Source of the DNA: Eledone cirrhosa
Taxonomy: Eukaryota
NCBI GenBank assembly: GCA_964016885.1
Contig: OZ024747.1
Location: 37,944,001 to 38,008,000, forward strand
Length of the DNA stretch: 64,000 bases
Direction: 5' to 3'
Shown: one piece after another, positions 1-13,098 of the stretch
Layout: every line of letters begins with the position of its first letter
Numbering within the stretch: the stretch's first letter is position 1
Translations under genes and position numbers: made by a program
The notes under the pieces: generated by a model
Seen by the model: the letters and a program-made list of their open reading frames with translations, nothing else
Told to the model about the DNA's origin: nothing
The model's database searches: none

Positions 1-402
1 CCTATGCATGTGTGTGTGTATATGTGTATGTATATATATGTATATATGTATGTATGTGTGTGTGTATATGTGTATATATATATGTGTGTAGATATGTGTG
101 TGTATGTGTGTATATGTGTGTGTGTGTATATGTAATATATATATGGACTGTAAGTATATTTACATATAAGGAAGTGAATATGTGAACTAGCATGCCCCCC
201 ACCACACTTCCCCTCCCAAACCAATATGAACAACATACATTTCTGACAAATATTCCAAAACCCTCCTCTTTTTTCTGTTTACTATCATCCCATTCTTATC
301 AAAAGACATGTATGTATCTTACACCTCATTAAAACCCAATATTCATTATTACCCGCTGCGACTACACACACACACACACACATACACACATATACACATA
401 AT

Positions 403-403
<1 letters not shown>

Positions 404-443
<40 letters not shown>

Positions 444-448
444 TATTA
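404..448. repeat. (AAT)n microsatellite at the 3' end of Tx1 copy A
   Basis: Direct reading. Confidence 0.95.
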
Positions 449-699
449 TTATTTCTTTATTAACCACAAGGGTTTACATAAAGTAGACATTAAGGACAGT
501 ACAGGACAATACAGGGCAGTACAATGGGCATTTCTGCGTGTAAAAAAACAAGAAACAGAGGATGTAATAATAGAACAATGAAAAAATTCCCCAATAGGGG
601 GGAGAATTCCGAGGGACATTGGTGGAGAAAGCCCATTAAAAAGCCACAGTGACCCTGACAACCAGGGCAAGTGCCCACTCCCAGTTTTCCATCTTTAAT

Positions 700-3600
700 T
701 TACAGACACATACTCAGAGTAGGCCCATTCACTCGGGCCATTCTTACCTCTCTCACCCATCTTTCAACAAAATGCTGGGAAGAGAGCACTTCCCTTTCTA
801 CCCTGATTTTCCTTTTCAAATGAAATTTGAAAAAGTTAATCAGGGCATCACCGAAGAGGTAAGTGCTCGTCTCCAGCCCTTTCAAACGTGTCCACCATAC
901 TATCTCTTTCACCATGGCCACCAGACAGATAAAAACTGCCTGCCCTTCCCGGCTAAAGGAAGAGGGCGGGGCAATCCTCACAATGGACTCAGCTGATAGC
1001 TGGATCCGTCCCACACGCGACAGCAGGTGTTCGACATAAACCCACAAGATAGCAATGCTCGGACACTGGACGCTTGCGTGCAGGACGGTTTCGTCGCCCT
1101 GCGCGCATCTCGGACATGCCCGGCTGACGGCATCTCCATGCCTGTATAGTTTATCCCGAACTGGCAAAGCTCCTCGGTAGCACTGCCAGGCCAGAGATTT
1201 CTGGAAGATGACCATAGGCCCCGGCCCGAAAGTTCTTCCGAAGAGATTGGCTAGTTGATTTTCGTCGACGCCTAGAGTTTCCCCAAGTACGTTGTCGCTC
1301 TTCCCCTCCACTAATCCTCTATAGAACGCCAAGGTGGAGTTTCCACCGATCACATTGCCCGATTGGTTGAGGGCTGTGAGCGTCTGAAGACATTCCAGTC
1401 TCCAAGCGCTCCCTCTCGGTCTTCGCTTGACCCAGGACTGCAGCTCCGTCAAGGAGACGAGCTGGGGAAATACGTGTCTAGCAAACGGTGACCACACCTG
1501 ATCACCGTCGAGGAAGAGGTGGGGTTGTCGTAGCCTGAGCGCGTGTCTGCGCATCATCAGCCACGGCAATCCCAGCCCTCCACGTAGCGGGTGTTGACAG
1601 CAGATGGACCGCCAGACCATCGGAGCGCGTCCCTTCCACAAAAAGCGAAAGAGCAAACGCTCCAGGGCAGTCAAGCGGGGCTTAGGACAAGGTACGACGG
1701 TCAGACGGTAGAAGATGACGGATGCGATGTACGCGTTAGCCACCTCCGCTCGACCTTTCAGGGATAGCTTCCTCTCCGCCCATTTCTGGGTGAGAGAAGC
1801 CACCGTGCTCGTCACCTCGTTCCAGTTTTTGTCCGTCTGGAGGTTCGGCCCGAACCAGACCCCTAGCAATTTAACCGGTCCGTCCGTCCAGCGCCCGACG
1901 ACGCTGTTGGACGGCATGGACCTGCCTCTCCAGGTGCCGAGCTGCAGGCCCACTGACTTTTCCTGGTTGATCATTGCTCCTGTCACCGCTTTGTATTCTC
2001 TTAGTGTAGTGCCGATCGCCTCGATGTGTTTGGCGTTCAGACCACTACGGTGACATCGTCCGCATATGCTGACACGGATCTTCCGCATCCTAGTTCACGC
2101 GGGACCCCCCTCAACGTCTCCAGTTTGTGGAGTAATGGCTCGAGAGTCAATACGTACAAGAGGGGCGAGAGGGGACATCCTTGGCGGACTGAGCGCATGT
2201 TGTTGAACGGTTCCGAAAGGTGACCGTTCACTCTCACCACAGAGCAGATGTCGCTGTGCATGGCAGCGATCCAGCCTCTGAAGACGGGCCCAAAGCCAGC
2301 CGCCCTCAGGACTGCCGCTAGGTAACGATGGACGACCCTATCGAAAGCTTTCGACTGATCTAAATTGATCAAAGACCCACCCGTGCCATGTTCCCTAGCT
2401 ACCCTCTGTACGATGTATCGCATGAGGTGGAGGTTGTCGTGGATGGATCTGTCGGTAATGGCGCATGTCTGCGCCTCTCCCACCAGACCACCAACGGCAA
2501 GCGCCAACCTCTTTGCTAGCACCTTGGCCAAAATCTTGAACTCTGTGTTTAGCAGAGTTATGGGCCTAAAATTATCTATGTTATCCCCCTTGTTCGGATC
2601 CTTTCTCAGCAGCGCCACAGCTCCTCGGCTCACAGAGCTGGGAAATCTCCCGTTCTGTTGCCAGTTGCAGTAGACGTCCGCCAAGAGGCCTCCGGACAAA
2701 TCTGGCATTTGTATGTAAAGTTCATAGGGCAGGCCATCCAAACCAGGCGATTTATCCCTTGTGCAGCCAGTCATTGCCTTCCGTACTTCAGCGGCTGTTA
2801 TCGGCTTTTCGCCTCAGTGGCCGAGAGGCGCGGCAGTCCGTCGAGTTAGACACTAAAGTCCATCCCTCGATCCGGCCCGCCGCTGCCCCCGAACAGTTGA
2901 GCGAAGTGTCGCTGAAAAGCTTCACACATTTTCCCGGGATCGCGTATCATGCGCCCGTCGTGGTCCACCAAAGACCGGATCGCGGCTATGTTGCCACGAC
3001 GCGCCTCCGCTACTCGGGCCCATTGAACGGCTTTCGTCCCCTCGTGTCTGATAGCACGCACCCAGGCTCTGACAACGCAGCCTTCATGCTTTGAATTGAA
3101 GAATTGGTCAAGGGCCAATTTCGACGCAAGTACGTCGGTCGCGATGCCTTTGCAAAGCGCCTCGTCTAATTTTCTAACTAATTCTCCTTCTGCTCTATTT
3201 TTCTCTATTGCTAAAGCCTTACTAAACCTAATGGACTCTATTCTAATTGCTCTTTTCAGAGCAAACCACCACTTGCTGTTGACGATGGCCCCCGTCAACG
3301 CCCGCTTAACTAGTTCGCTAATCCGGTCTCTGTAGGCCTTGCGCGCTGGTAAGGACGCGTTTAGCTTCCAGTAGCCGGGTCCTCGTCTATGAAGCCTATC
3401 TAAGTCAAGCACACAGATTACGAATTTGTGGTCCGTGTAGCTGACTATCTTGAATTGTGGACAGCCTATGCTAGACCTATCTATTTCCCTACAAAATACT
3501 CTATCTAGATATGATCTGGATGACCCTATGCGATTTGTCCAAGTTCACATTGGTACATTCGGGAAATCCAAACGGTACCTGTCAGACAGTTCAAAACGCC

Positions 3601-4089
3601 TGAGCAGGTTGATGAGACTCTTGCACCCTCCTCCCCTATCCCCTAATCCCACACAGTCCCAGCGTGCATCTAAGATCTCGTTCCAGTCGCCCACTAACAC
3701 TAAAGAGCGGGGCTTCCAAGAAAGGTCTCCAGACGCCGGAAGAAATCAGGCCGCCCTGCTCCTGTCGGGGCATAGACGGCCACTAACCTGAAAGCTTGAC
3801 CGTCTTCGCTGGTCACGTTCAGCACCACCAACTTACCTTCTGGGTCCAGGAAGATGGCCCGTATGGCAAGATCCAAACCTCTCCGAAAAAGCACAGCAAC
3901 TCCACCCCCCGATCCCAGACGGCTGGGAGATGCGTACATATCGTAGCCGCCGAAGATCGGTGCGAAGGCCCGTGTTTCGAAGATTCTGGTCTCGCTGATG
4001 GTCTCGCTGAGTTCGTTGAGCAGGTGGCCCTGCTTCCATGACGACCACAAGCCACGCGCATTTATGCTTCCTATTCTGAGTGAGGTCAT
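700..4089 (-). pseudogene. ORF2 (APE endonuclease-RT-zinc finger) of Tx1 copy A, broken by frameshifts
   Basis: ORF pieces 3700-4089, 2846-3412, 2037-2774 and 700-2088 give consecutive EN, linker, RT and thumb/CCHC segments. Confidence 0.92.
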
Positions 4090-4128
4090 GTTGAAATGGA
4101 GTGGAAAAGATGGGAAAGACCATTTACC

Positions 4129-6159
4129 TTACTTCTCATAGAGGAAGATGGTTTTTCCATCCTTTTCACTGCTTGTGGCCTCCTCAGAAAGGGTGTCCTT
4201 ATAAATCCTCCTGGAGAGTGCTTGTCGGAAGTCTCCGATGTCTTTGGGGTATTTTTGTTTTAGTGCCATGTACGTTTTCTGTGTGATGCGAGTGATTTGT
4301 ATGTGTGGAGGTGGTGTGAATTTTTGGGTTGTTGTGTAGTCTTTTTCTGTGATGCTGGTGTTGTGTTGGATGTAGTGTAATAATTGGTTGTTGTTCAAAT
4401 TTAATGCTGTGTAGTGTGTATCGTTTTGGTTGTTTTGTTTTGTTTGCGTTTGTTGTGGGTTTGTTTCTGTTTCGCATTTTGGTGACCTTTGTGGTGTAGG
4501 TGATGGTGGTGTTGGGGTTAATGATGGTGATGGTGTTGGTGTTTGGGGTGATGGGGTTGGTGATGCTGGTGTAGATGGTGGCATATCTGTCCTAACTTTT
4601 TTGTTTGTTAATTTATTTGTTTCCCTCTGTATTTTGTTTTTGGAGGGGGAAGGAAAAGAATTTTTTCTTTTTTGGTTTCTTTTTTTCTTTTTTCCTGATA
4701 CCGTTTCCCACTCCTCGTCGTCACAATCTGACTCCAGTTGTGATAGGCCGGGTAGTGGAAAATCCTCCACAGGCGTTAGTTTTGGTTGTGGCGTGGTGGA
4801 TGATGTAGGCGCTGGTGCTAGTTCTGAAGCATTGGGTGGTGGAGGTGTTGGTTTTGCTACTGTTGCTGGGGTTGTTGCTGTTATAGTTGCTTCTGTTGTT
4901 GCTGCTACAGTTGTTGCTGCCATCTCTGCTACTGGTGGTGTTGATGGTTGAGTCACTGGGGTGGGTAGGAGAGGTGGCCTCAACCTTTTAGCCTGAGGGC
5001 AGAAAGCCCTTAGGTGGGTTCCTTCACCACAAACGACACATCTAGGCCTTCTGCCCTCGACAATTACGGTGAGGTGGCTGCCGTCAGTGAGGTCTATTTC
5101 CTCTGGGATCTCCTCAATGCTTTTTTGGTCCGTTTGGATCAGAAGCTCCATCCCAGATCCGGACCAGTTCTCCTGCTTTTCTTTTGCTATTGCTATTATC
5201 TTTGTGTTGGCTTCGATGCCGGTGAGGACGGCCGATATTAGCCAGGGAATTTTGATGGCTGGTGGAACGTGGGTCACCCTGATCTTTACGAGTCTCTGGC
5301 CACAATAGCTTGTGACGAGTGTGAAGTCGTCACTTCTTAATGGGACCATGGAGTGTTCTCTAGCCTCTTCTGGTGTTTCAAAGAACACGCCCACGGTTCC
5401 ATACTTCTGCCCACGTCTGATGTGGGTTTTTATTGCCCACACATGTCCCAAAGCTTTTTGGATTTGGGACTCAGATGCCCGTTCCACTCGGCGCGATTTT
5501 ATGTTAATTGTCCGATAAGACACGGTGCATATGCGACGTTGCTCCATTTTATTAGGTGTGTGGGGGTGGGGTGGGGGGGTGAGGCTGACCCTGTACCCAT
5601 CTTTCTTTACCATTCCTTTAGCTTCGTCTAATTCTTCCTGATTTACCTGAATCGCTTCGCATTGTTTTGCTACTCTGGCAAAACTCAGGGTGGTTTTTTT
5701 AATTGTGGTCATTGTTGCTGTTGTTGTTATCGTTATTTTTGTTATTATTAATTTTAGTTTCAGTTGTGGTGGTGGTGACGTCAGTGGTATTCGGTCTGGA
5801 AGAGTCCATTTTGGTTGAATTCATTTCGATATCACGAGTTAATTTCTTTTTTCTTTTGTTTCTGTTGTCGCGGTGGTGGTGGGGCTGGTGGTTGTCGCGG
5901 TGGTGGTGGGGGTGGTGGTTGTCGCGGTGGTGGTGGGGGTGGTGGTTGTCGCGGTGGTGGTGGTGGTGGTGGCTTTAACACCTGCAGTCATTGGTAATGG
6001 CGGGAAATGAATGTCTGCCTGAGACAAATTTAAAATATTGCTACTGCTTAAATTATTAGTGTTGGCAAACGTAGTAATATTTACAATGGTGGTGTCGGTG
6101 TGAGGTGTTAGTTTGTGAGGAAGGCTCTCAGCTGCTTGGTGCAGAGGTGAATTAGCCAT
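4129..6159 (-). pseudogene. ORF1 (gag-like, CCHC zinc knuckle) of Tx1 copy A
   Basis: 527-aa open segment 4129-5712 with CVVCGEGTHLRAFC, a Pro/Thr-rich tract and basic KKKKRNQKRK; probable start ATG at 6159, separated by a frameshift near the tandem repeat. Confidence 0.8.
5864..5972. repeat. 27-bp G-rich tandem repeat x4 within the ORF1 region
   Basis: (GTTGTCGCGGTGGTGGTGGGGGTGGTG)n is visible and encodes TTTATTTTP on the minus strand. Confidence 0.9.
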
Positions 6160-6367
6160 TTTTTTTCAAAGAAATTTTTTGATAATCATAAAAGTTTAAA
6201 TTTTGGGCACAAGGACCCAATCTTTTTGGGTGTCCTTTTCGGAAAACAATGTATGTGCGCTTATATACAGTTAACAATAAAATTTTCCATAAATGGCAAT
6301 TTTTAACAAACGGAAATAACAAACCTTTGCGGAGCTCACGATGATACGATTTACTACGTAGGTCGCC

Positions 6368-6418
<51 letters not shown>
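6368..6418. repeat. (AAT)n microsatellite between the Tx1 copies
   Basis: Direct reading. Confidence 0.95.
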
Positions 6419-6420
<2 letters not shown>

Positions 6421-6668
6421 TTTCTTTATTAACCACAAGGGTTTACATAAAGTAGACATTAAGGACAGTGAAGGACAATGCAGGACGGTACAAATGGGCA
6501 TTTCTGCGTGTAAAAAACAAAAACAGAGGATGTAACAAAAAATAACAATGAAAAATTCCCCAATAGGGGGGAGACTTCGGAGGGACATTTGTGGAGAAAG
6601 CCCAGTAAAAAGCCACAATGACCCTGACCACCAAGGCAAGTGCCCTTTCCCAATTTTCCACCTTTAAT

Positions 6669-9579
6669 TTACAGATATATACTCAGAGTAGGCCCATTCA
6701 CTCGGGCCATTCTTGCTTCTCTCACCCATCTTTCAACAAAATGCTGGGAAGAGAGCACTTCCCTCTCTACTCTGATTTTCCTTTTCAAATGAAATTTGAA
6801 AAAGGCAATCAGAGCATCACCGAAGAGGTAATTGCTCGTCTTCAGCCCTTTCAAACGTGTCCACCATACTATCTCTTTCGCCATGGCCACCAGACAGATA
6901 AAAACTGTCTGCCATTCCCGGCTAAAGGAGGAGGGCGGGGCAATCCTCACGATGGACTCAGATGATAGCCGGATCCGTCCTAAACGCGACAGCAGGTGTT
7001 CGACATAAACCCACAAGTCAGCAATTTTCGGACACTGGACGAGTGCGTGCAGGACGGTTTCGTCGCCCTGCGCGCATCTCGGACATGCCCGGCTGACGGC
7101 ACATCAATGCCTGTAGAGTTTATCCCTAACTGGCAAGGCTCCTCGGTAGCACTGCCAGGCCAGAGATTTCTGGAAGTTGTCCATAGGCCCTGGCCCGAAA
7201 GTTCTTCCGAAGAGATTGGCTAGTTGATTTTCGTCGACGCCTAGAGTTTCCCCAAGTACGTCGTCGCTCTTCCCCTCCACTAATCCTCTATAGAACGCCG
7301 AGGTGGAGTTTCCACCGATCACATTGCCCGATTGGTCGAGGGCTGTGAGCGCCTGAAGACATTCCAGTCTCCAGGCGCTCCCTCTCGGTCTTCGCTTGAC
7401 ACAGGAGTGCAGCTCCGTCAAGGAAACGAGCTGGGGAAATACGTGTCTAGCAAACGGCGTCCACACCTGATCACCGTCGAGGAAGAGGTGGAGATGTCGT
7501 AGCCTGAGCGCGTGCCTGCGCATCATTAGCCACGGCATGCCCAGCCCTCCACGTAGCGGGTGTTGACAACAGATTGTCCGCCTGACCATCGGACGCGTCC
7601 CTTCCACAAAAAGCGAAAGAGCAAACGCTCCAGCGCAGTCAGGCGAGGCTTAGGACAAGGTACGACGGTCAGGCGGTAGCAGATGACAGACGCGATGTAC
7701 GCGTTAGCCACCTTCGCTCGACCTTTCAGGGATAGCTTCCTCTCCGCCCACTTCTGGATGAGAGAAGCCACCCTGCTCGTCACCTCGTCCCAGTTTTTGT
7801 CCGTCTGGAAGTCCGGACCGAACCAGACCCCTAGCAATTTAACCGGTCCGTCCGTCCAGCGTCCGATGACGCTGTTGGACGGCATGGACCTGCCTCTCCA
7901 GGTGCCGAGCTGCAGGCCCACTGACTTTTACTGGTTGATCATTGCTCCTGTCACCGCTTCTTATTCTCTTAGTGTAGTGCCGATCGCCTCGATGTATTTG
8001 GCGTTCGACACCACTACGGTGACATCGTCCGCATATGCTGACACGGATCTTCCGCATCCTAGTTCGCGCGGGACGCCCCTCAACGTCTCCAGTTTGTGCA
8101 GTAATGGCTCGAGAGTGAATACGTACAAGAGGGACGAGAGGGGACATCCTTGGCGGACCGAGCGCATGATGTTGAAAGGTTCCGAGAGGTGACCGTTCAC
8201 TCTCACCACAGAGCAGATGTCGCTGTGCATGGCAGCGATCCAGCCTCTGAAGACGGGCCCAAAGCCAGCCGCCCTGAGGACTGCCGCTAGGTAACGATGG
8301 TCGACCCTATCGAAAGCTTTCGACTGATCTAAATTGATCAAGGACCCACCCGTGCCAGGTTCCCTAGATACCCTCTCTACGATGGATGGATCTGTCGGGA
8401 ATGGCGCATGCCTGCGCCTCTCCCACCAGACCACCAACGACAAGGGCCAACCTCTTTGCTAGCACCTTGGCCAAAATCTTGAACTCTGTCTAGCTGAGTT
8501 ATGGGCCTAAAATTATCTATGTTATCCCCCTTGTTCGGATCCTTTCTCAGCAGCGCCACAGCTCCTCGGCTCACAGAACTGGGAATTCTCCCGTTCTGTT
8601 GCAAGTTTCAGTAGACGTCCGCCAAGAGGCCTCCGAACAAGTCTGGCATCTGTACGTAAAGTTCATAGGGCAGACCATCCAAACCAAGCGATTTACCCCT
8701 TGTGCAGCCAGTCATTGCCTCCCTTACTTCAGCGGCTGTTATCGGCTTTTCGCAACACCTCGCCTCAGTTAACTACTTAACTACTTCGCCAATTCGGTCT
8801 CTGTAGGCTTTGCGCGCTGGTAAGGACGCGTTTAGCTTCCAGTAGCCGGGTCCTCGTCTATGAAGCCTATCTAAGTCAAGCACACAGATCACGAACTTGT
8901 GGTCCGTGTAGCTGACTATCTTGAATTATGGACAGCCTATGCTAGACCTATCTATTTCCCTACAAAATACTCTATCTAGATATGATCTGGATGACCCTAC
9001 GCGATTTGTCCAAGTCCACATTGGCACATTCGGGAAATCCAATCGGTACCTGTCAGACAGTTCAAAACGCCTGAGCAGGTTGGTGAGGCTCTTGCACTCT
9101 CCACCCCTATCCGCTAATCCCACACAGTCCCAGCGTGCATCTAAGATCCCGTTCCAGTCGCCCACTAACACTAAAGAGCGGGACGTTCCAAGAAAGGTCT
9201 CCAGACGCCGGAAGAAATCAGGCCGCCCTGCTCCTATCGGGGCATAGACGGCCACTAGCCTGAAAGCTTGCCCGTCTCCGCTGGTCACGTCCAGCACCAC
9301 CAACTTACCCTCTTGTTCCAGGAAGATGGCCCGTATGGCGAGATCCAAACTTCTCTGAAAAAGCACAGCAAATCCACCCCCCGATCCAGGACGGCTGGGA
9401 GATGCGTACACATTGTAGCCACCGAAGATCGGTGCGAAGGCCCGTGCTTCGGAGATTCTGGTCTCGCTGATGGCCACTAAATCTATGTTTAGTGACCTGA
9501 TGTCGTTGAGCAGGTGACCCTGCTTCCATGACGACCCCAAGCCACGCGCATTTATGCTGCCTATTCTGAGTGAGGTCAT
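6669..9579 (-). pseudogene. ORF2 (EN-RT) of Tx1 copy B
   Basis: Intact EN segment 8926-9579 (GSINARG, ISET, GDWN, SYLDRV); RT motifs in 7961-8604. Confidence 0.92.
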
Positions 9580-9614
9580 GTTTAAAATAGAGTGGAAAAG
9601 ATGGGAAAGACCAC

Positions 9615-11702
9615 TTACCGTACTTTTCGTAGAGGAGGGATGGTTTTTACATCCCTTTTCACTTGATCGTCTGGTGAAGGGACCGTTGAATCGTCCCTTC
9701 GGGTGGTCGTCGGCTCTTCTATGAGTATGTCCGAATATACTCTTCGGTTGAGTGTCCCTCCTAGGTCTCTGAAATCACCAACTGCGTTGGGGAATTTCGT
9801 TTTAATGTTTGTGTATTGTTTCTGTGCTATTTTTAGCAGTCTTATGTTAGTTGGCGTTTTGATTGGTGCTGGTATTATGTAGCCGTGTTGTGAAATGTCT
9901 GTGTGTTTAATTATGTAAGTCATTAGTTTCTTGTTGTGCGTATTTATTGCCGTGCATTTGTTTTTCTGGGTGTGTGGCGTGCTTCTGCTATTCTCTTGTC
10001 GTTTTTGCTGGGTGTGTGTGTTTTGTTGTTGTATTTGCGATGTTGGTGCTTGTGGTGGTGGTGGTTGAAGGTGTTGTTGTTGTTGGCGGGTGGGTTGTCG
10101 CCGGTGATGATGGTGGTGCGAGTGTGGGTGGTGATGGTGTTGGTGGTGTTGCTGCTGTGAGTCTCTTTGCAGTAGACTCTACCCTTTTTTCATTTCTTTC
10201 CTCCCTTTTCAAAGGCGACGATGCGCTGCTTCTGCGTTTGTGTCTTCTTACGACCTTTTGCCATCCCTCTCCCCCCTAACACTCCATGTCTGATTCTGTG
10301 AGGTCGGGGAGGGGTACCAGCTCCACTCTTTCACTTGTCGTTGTTGGTGATATTTGCACTGGAGTCTCTGTTGCAGCTGCATTTGGTATTGCTGTTGTTG
10401 TTGTTGTTAATACTTCCACTGCTGCTGCTGTTTTTGATTTCCGTGGCGTGGGTATGGGTGCCACGGACCTATCGTTCCTGGTTGCCGCTTGTCCTGTTGC
10501 TGGTAGCCGTGGAGCCGGTTTCGGAAGGAGGGGGGTTTTCTCCTTTCTCAGGGTCTTCTCGTTGCAGAAGGCCCTGAGGTGAGTCTTCGATCCACAGCGA
10601 AAGCATTTCGGGCGTTTGCCCTCAACACTTATGGGCAGTTGAGTGCCGTTATCGAAGTCTATCACATCCGGGATAGCTTCGATGCACTCCTGATTGGTCT
10701 GGATTAACATCTCAATGGAGGTGCAGACCCAATCTTCTCTTACTTTTTTCTGTACTTGCAGTACAGTTGTTTTGTCCTCGATTCCGACGAGGACAGACGC
10801 GGCCAGCCAAGGGGGGGGGGACGTGGGTCAGTTTGACCCTCACAATTTTTTGCCCGCAGTAGGAGGGCACCAACACCATTTCCTCGCTCCTTAGGGTCAC
10901 TACGGATTGAGCCTTTGCCTCCTGGGGTGTGGCAAAAAGTACGTCTACGGTGGCATATTTCTTGCCTCGGGTGATGTGTGTTTTCCGCTGCCACACAGAC
11001 CCCAAGGCTTTTTGTATTTGAGCCTCTGTGGGTCTTTCCACCCTACGGGATTTTGTACTTACTGTACGGTACGTAAACCGTACAGTGCTGTTGGGTTTCG
11101 AAAAACTTTTCCGCTGCCTTGCAGATTGCTCGGTGTCCAGTTTTTGTCACCATCTTTTTCGCTTCCTCTAATTCCTCATTTGTTATGAGGATCGTTTCCA
11201 GGTTCTTCGCGATACCTGCAAACGAGATTGGTTTTTCTTTGCTGCTGTTGTTGTTGATGTTGTCGTCAGAGCTGCTGTTACTTTTGTTGTTGCTGTAGGT
11301 ACTACGATTACTGCCGCTGTTGCTGTTGCTGCTGCTAATGCTGTTGTTGTTTATGCTGCTGCTGATGCTGTTGCGGCTGCTACTGTTGTTTTCATTGTCA
11401 CTGTTGTTGTTGTTATTACGACTGCTACTGCTATTATTCCTGACGTCAGACGAATAAAATGGGTTTTCGTATTTCCCGCACACCTGTTTCGTCGTCGTTG
11501 TCGTCGTCATCGTGGAGAAATCTTGCACGCTTTGCACGAGACTTTTCTTTTCTGTCATCGCCTCCGAAAGAGAAGGGAGGGAGAGAGACACATTTAAAGA
11601 AGGGAGGGAGAGAGACAATCTTCTCTCTGCTGTAGTGACAATTGAGGAAGAAGAAGACGGAATGAGTGGGAGTGACCTATGAAAATTCTTTTTCGTAGCC
11701 AT
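9615..11702 (-). pseudogene. ORF1 of Tx1 copy B (frameshifted)
   Basis: Fragments 11043-11738, 10712-11041, 10276-10710 and 9615-9923 align with copy A ORF1 motifs (SFAxxAK, QIQKALG, RGxKY, YCGQ, VEGxRPxC). Confidence 0.8.
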
Positions 11703-11920
11703 GTTGTTTTTTTTTCGTTTAAAATAAATATTGGGCACAAAACCCCAATAAGCAGTTATTTAACACCGAAGGGCCAAATAACGGGCAGAAAGACCCCTCT
11801 CACGAGGAGGAGGGTGTTTTTGTCTACAAGTTGGTAAAAGTTTTAAAAAATTTACAATTGTTATAGCGTTCAAAATTTACAATACCTTACAGAGCCGAGC
11901 CTCCGTCAACCATAGCATTC

Positions 11921-11921
<1 letters not shown>

Positions 11922-11998
<77 letters not shown>
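11922..11998. repeat. (AAT)n microsatellite at the 5' end of Tx1 copy B
   Basis: Direct reading. Confidence 0.95.
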
Positions 11999-12595
11999 CA
12001 TACGCACATGGTGGATAGAGTGGTATGGAATCACCGCCGTAAGTTTTTGATTTTTTACATATTTAAAACAACTGTGATAGAATAATTCTTATTACAAATG
12101 GAACATAAGATGTCAGTCTTTTTTACTCTCAGGAAGTGGCAACGCATCACATTATGGCATGGGGCTCCAATATTTAATATTTAATTTTGTACCAGCAATT
12201 TTAAAGTCAGGGAAGAAAATGGCTAGAAAACAACAGCCGATTAACTTCACCACCAACACCACCACCGCCGCCGCCACCATCACCATCACCACTACCACAA
12301 AAAAACATAGCCAAATACAAACCAGCACCATCCCTATAGTACTGCTGTCCCATCATCACCGTCACCACTGCATCATCGCTACCACCACTACTTAAGACAG
12401 GGATGGTGGTAGTGCCGCTACACATGAAAAGAAGCGAGGAAAAACATAAAATATAGAAATAGACTGGGTTAGTCACCCGGTCAAACAGCTAACAACCACA
12501 ACAACACCAAAATAATTAGTGTTGTTATATCTCTAAACTGTCTCAAAATGGTTAGTTTAAACGATGTCAAATCTAAACTATAATATAATAATAAT

Positions 12596-12783
12596 AATTG
12601 TTTCTGCTCTTGGCACGGACCAGCAATTGTCCCGGTGTGTTGCTGGTGCTTTGTTTTGTCGGCCCCGTAAGGATGAAAGGCAAAGTTAACCTCGGCGGGA
12701 TTTGAACTCAGTCCTTAAAGGGACGTAACTGTGCTACAAAGCATGGCGTCCGACCCTCTACGGATACTGCCAATCCACCGCCA
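12596..12783 (-). mobile_element. tRNA-derived SINE (octopus-type family)
   Basis: Minus strand has A-box TGGCAGTATCCG, B-box GAGTTCAAATCC and body CCGAGGTTAACTTTGCCTTTCATCC; several other copies occur in the window. Confidence 0.85.
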
Positions 12784-13098
12784 CTAAAAAATAATAATGA
12801 TAAGCAAAATGTGGAAAAATTATAGAACAGAACACAGACAGAAGCAAACGCAACAACAAACACAAAATTCAAAAGTTTTGAACACAACAACCCCTACTTC
12901 CCTTAGCAGCAGCAGCAACAACAACACTAGTAACCGACGTTACGGGCCTTGAAAAACGAAAAACGTAAAGGAAAAAAATAAATAAATAAACTAAGTCAAA
13001 CATTCAAACATTACAATCAAACATGTTTATTTTTTAAAGTTTTTATCTATTTATTTGGTTATTTATTATGTTCGTCAACAGTGTGATGGTGCCACGCT

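Larger units (their letters stand above)
449..6367 (-). mobile_element. Tx1-type (L1-clade-related) non-LTR retrotransposon, copy A, near full length, frameshifted
   Basis: ORF1 has a CCHC knuckle; ORF2 has APE endonuclease (IGSINARG, VAVYAP, GDWN), RT (PGLDG, NFRPITLLN, DQSKAFDRV, QGCPLSPLLY, YADD) and a C-terminal CxxC..H..C motif; AATAAA near the 3' end; (AAT)n on both sides. Confidence 0.93.
6419..11920 (-). mobile_element. Tx1-type non-LTR retrotransposon, copy B, with an internal deletion
   Basis: 3'UTR and ORF2 closely match copy A; roughly 0.5 kb (equivalent to ~2820-3305 of copy A) is missing at ~8770; distinct ORF1 with CFRCGSKTHLRAFC. Confidence 0.93.

Noticed and set aside
649-9480. 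Plus-strand ORFs over the Tx1 elements, repeated in both copies
   Set aside because: Antisense shadows of GC-rich ORF2; their recurrence only reflects element duplication.
12700-12783. tRNA-like A/B boxes
   Set aside because: SINE head, not a tRNA gene; no cloverleaf.
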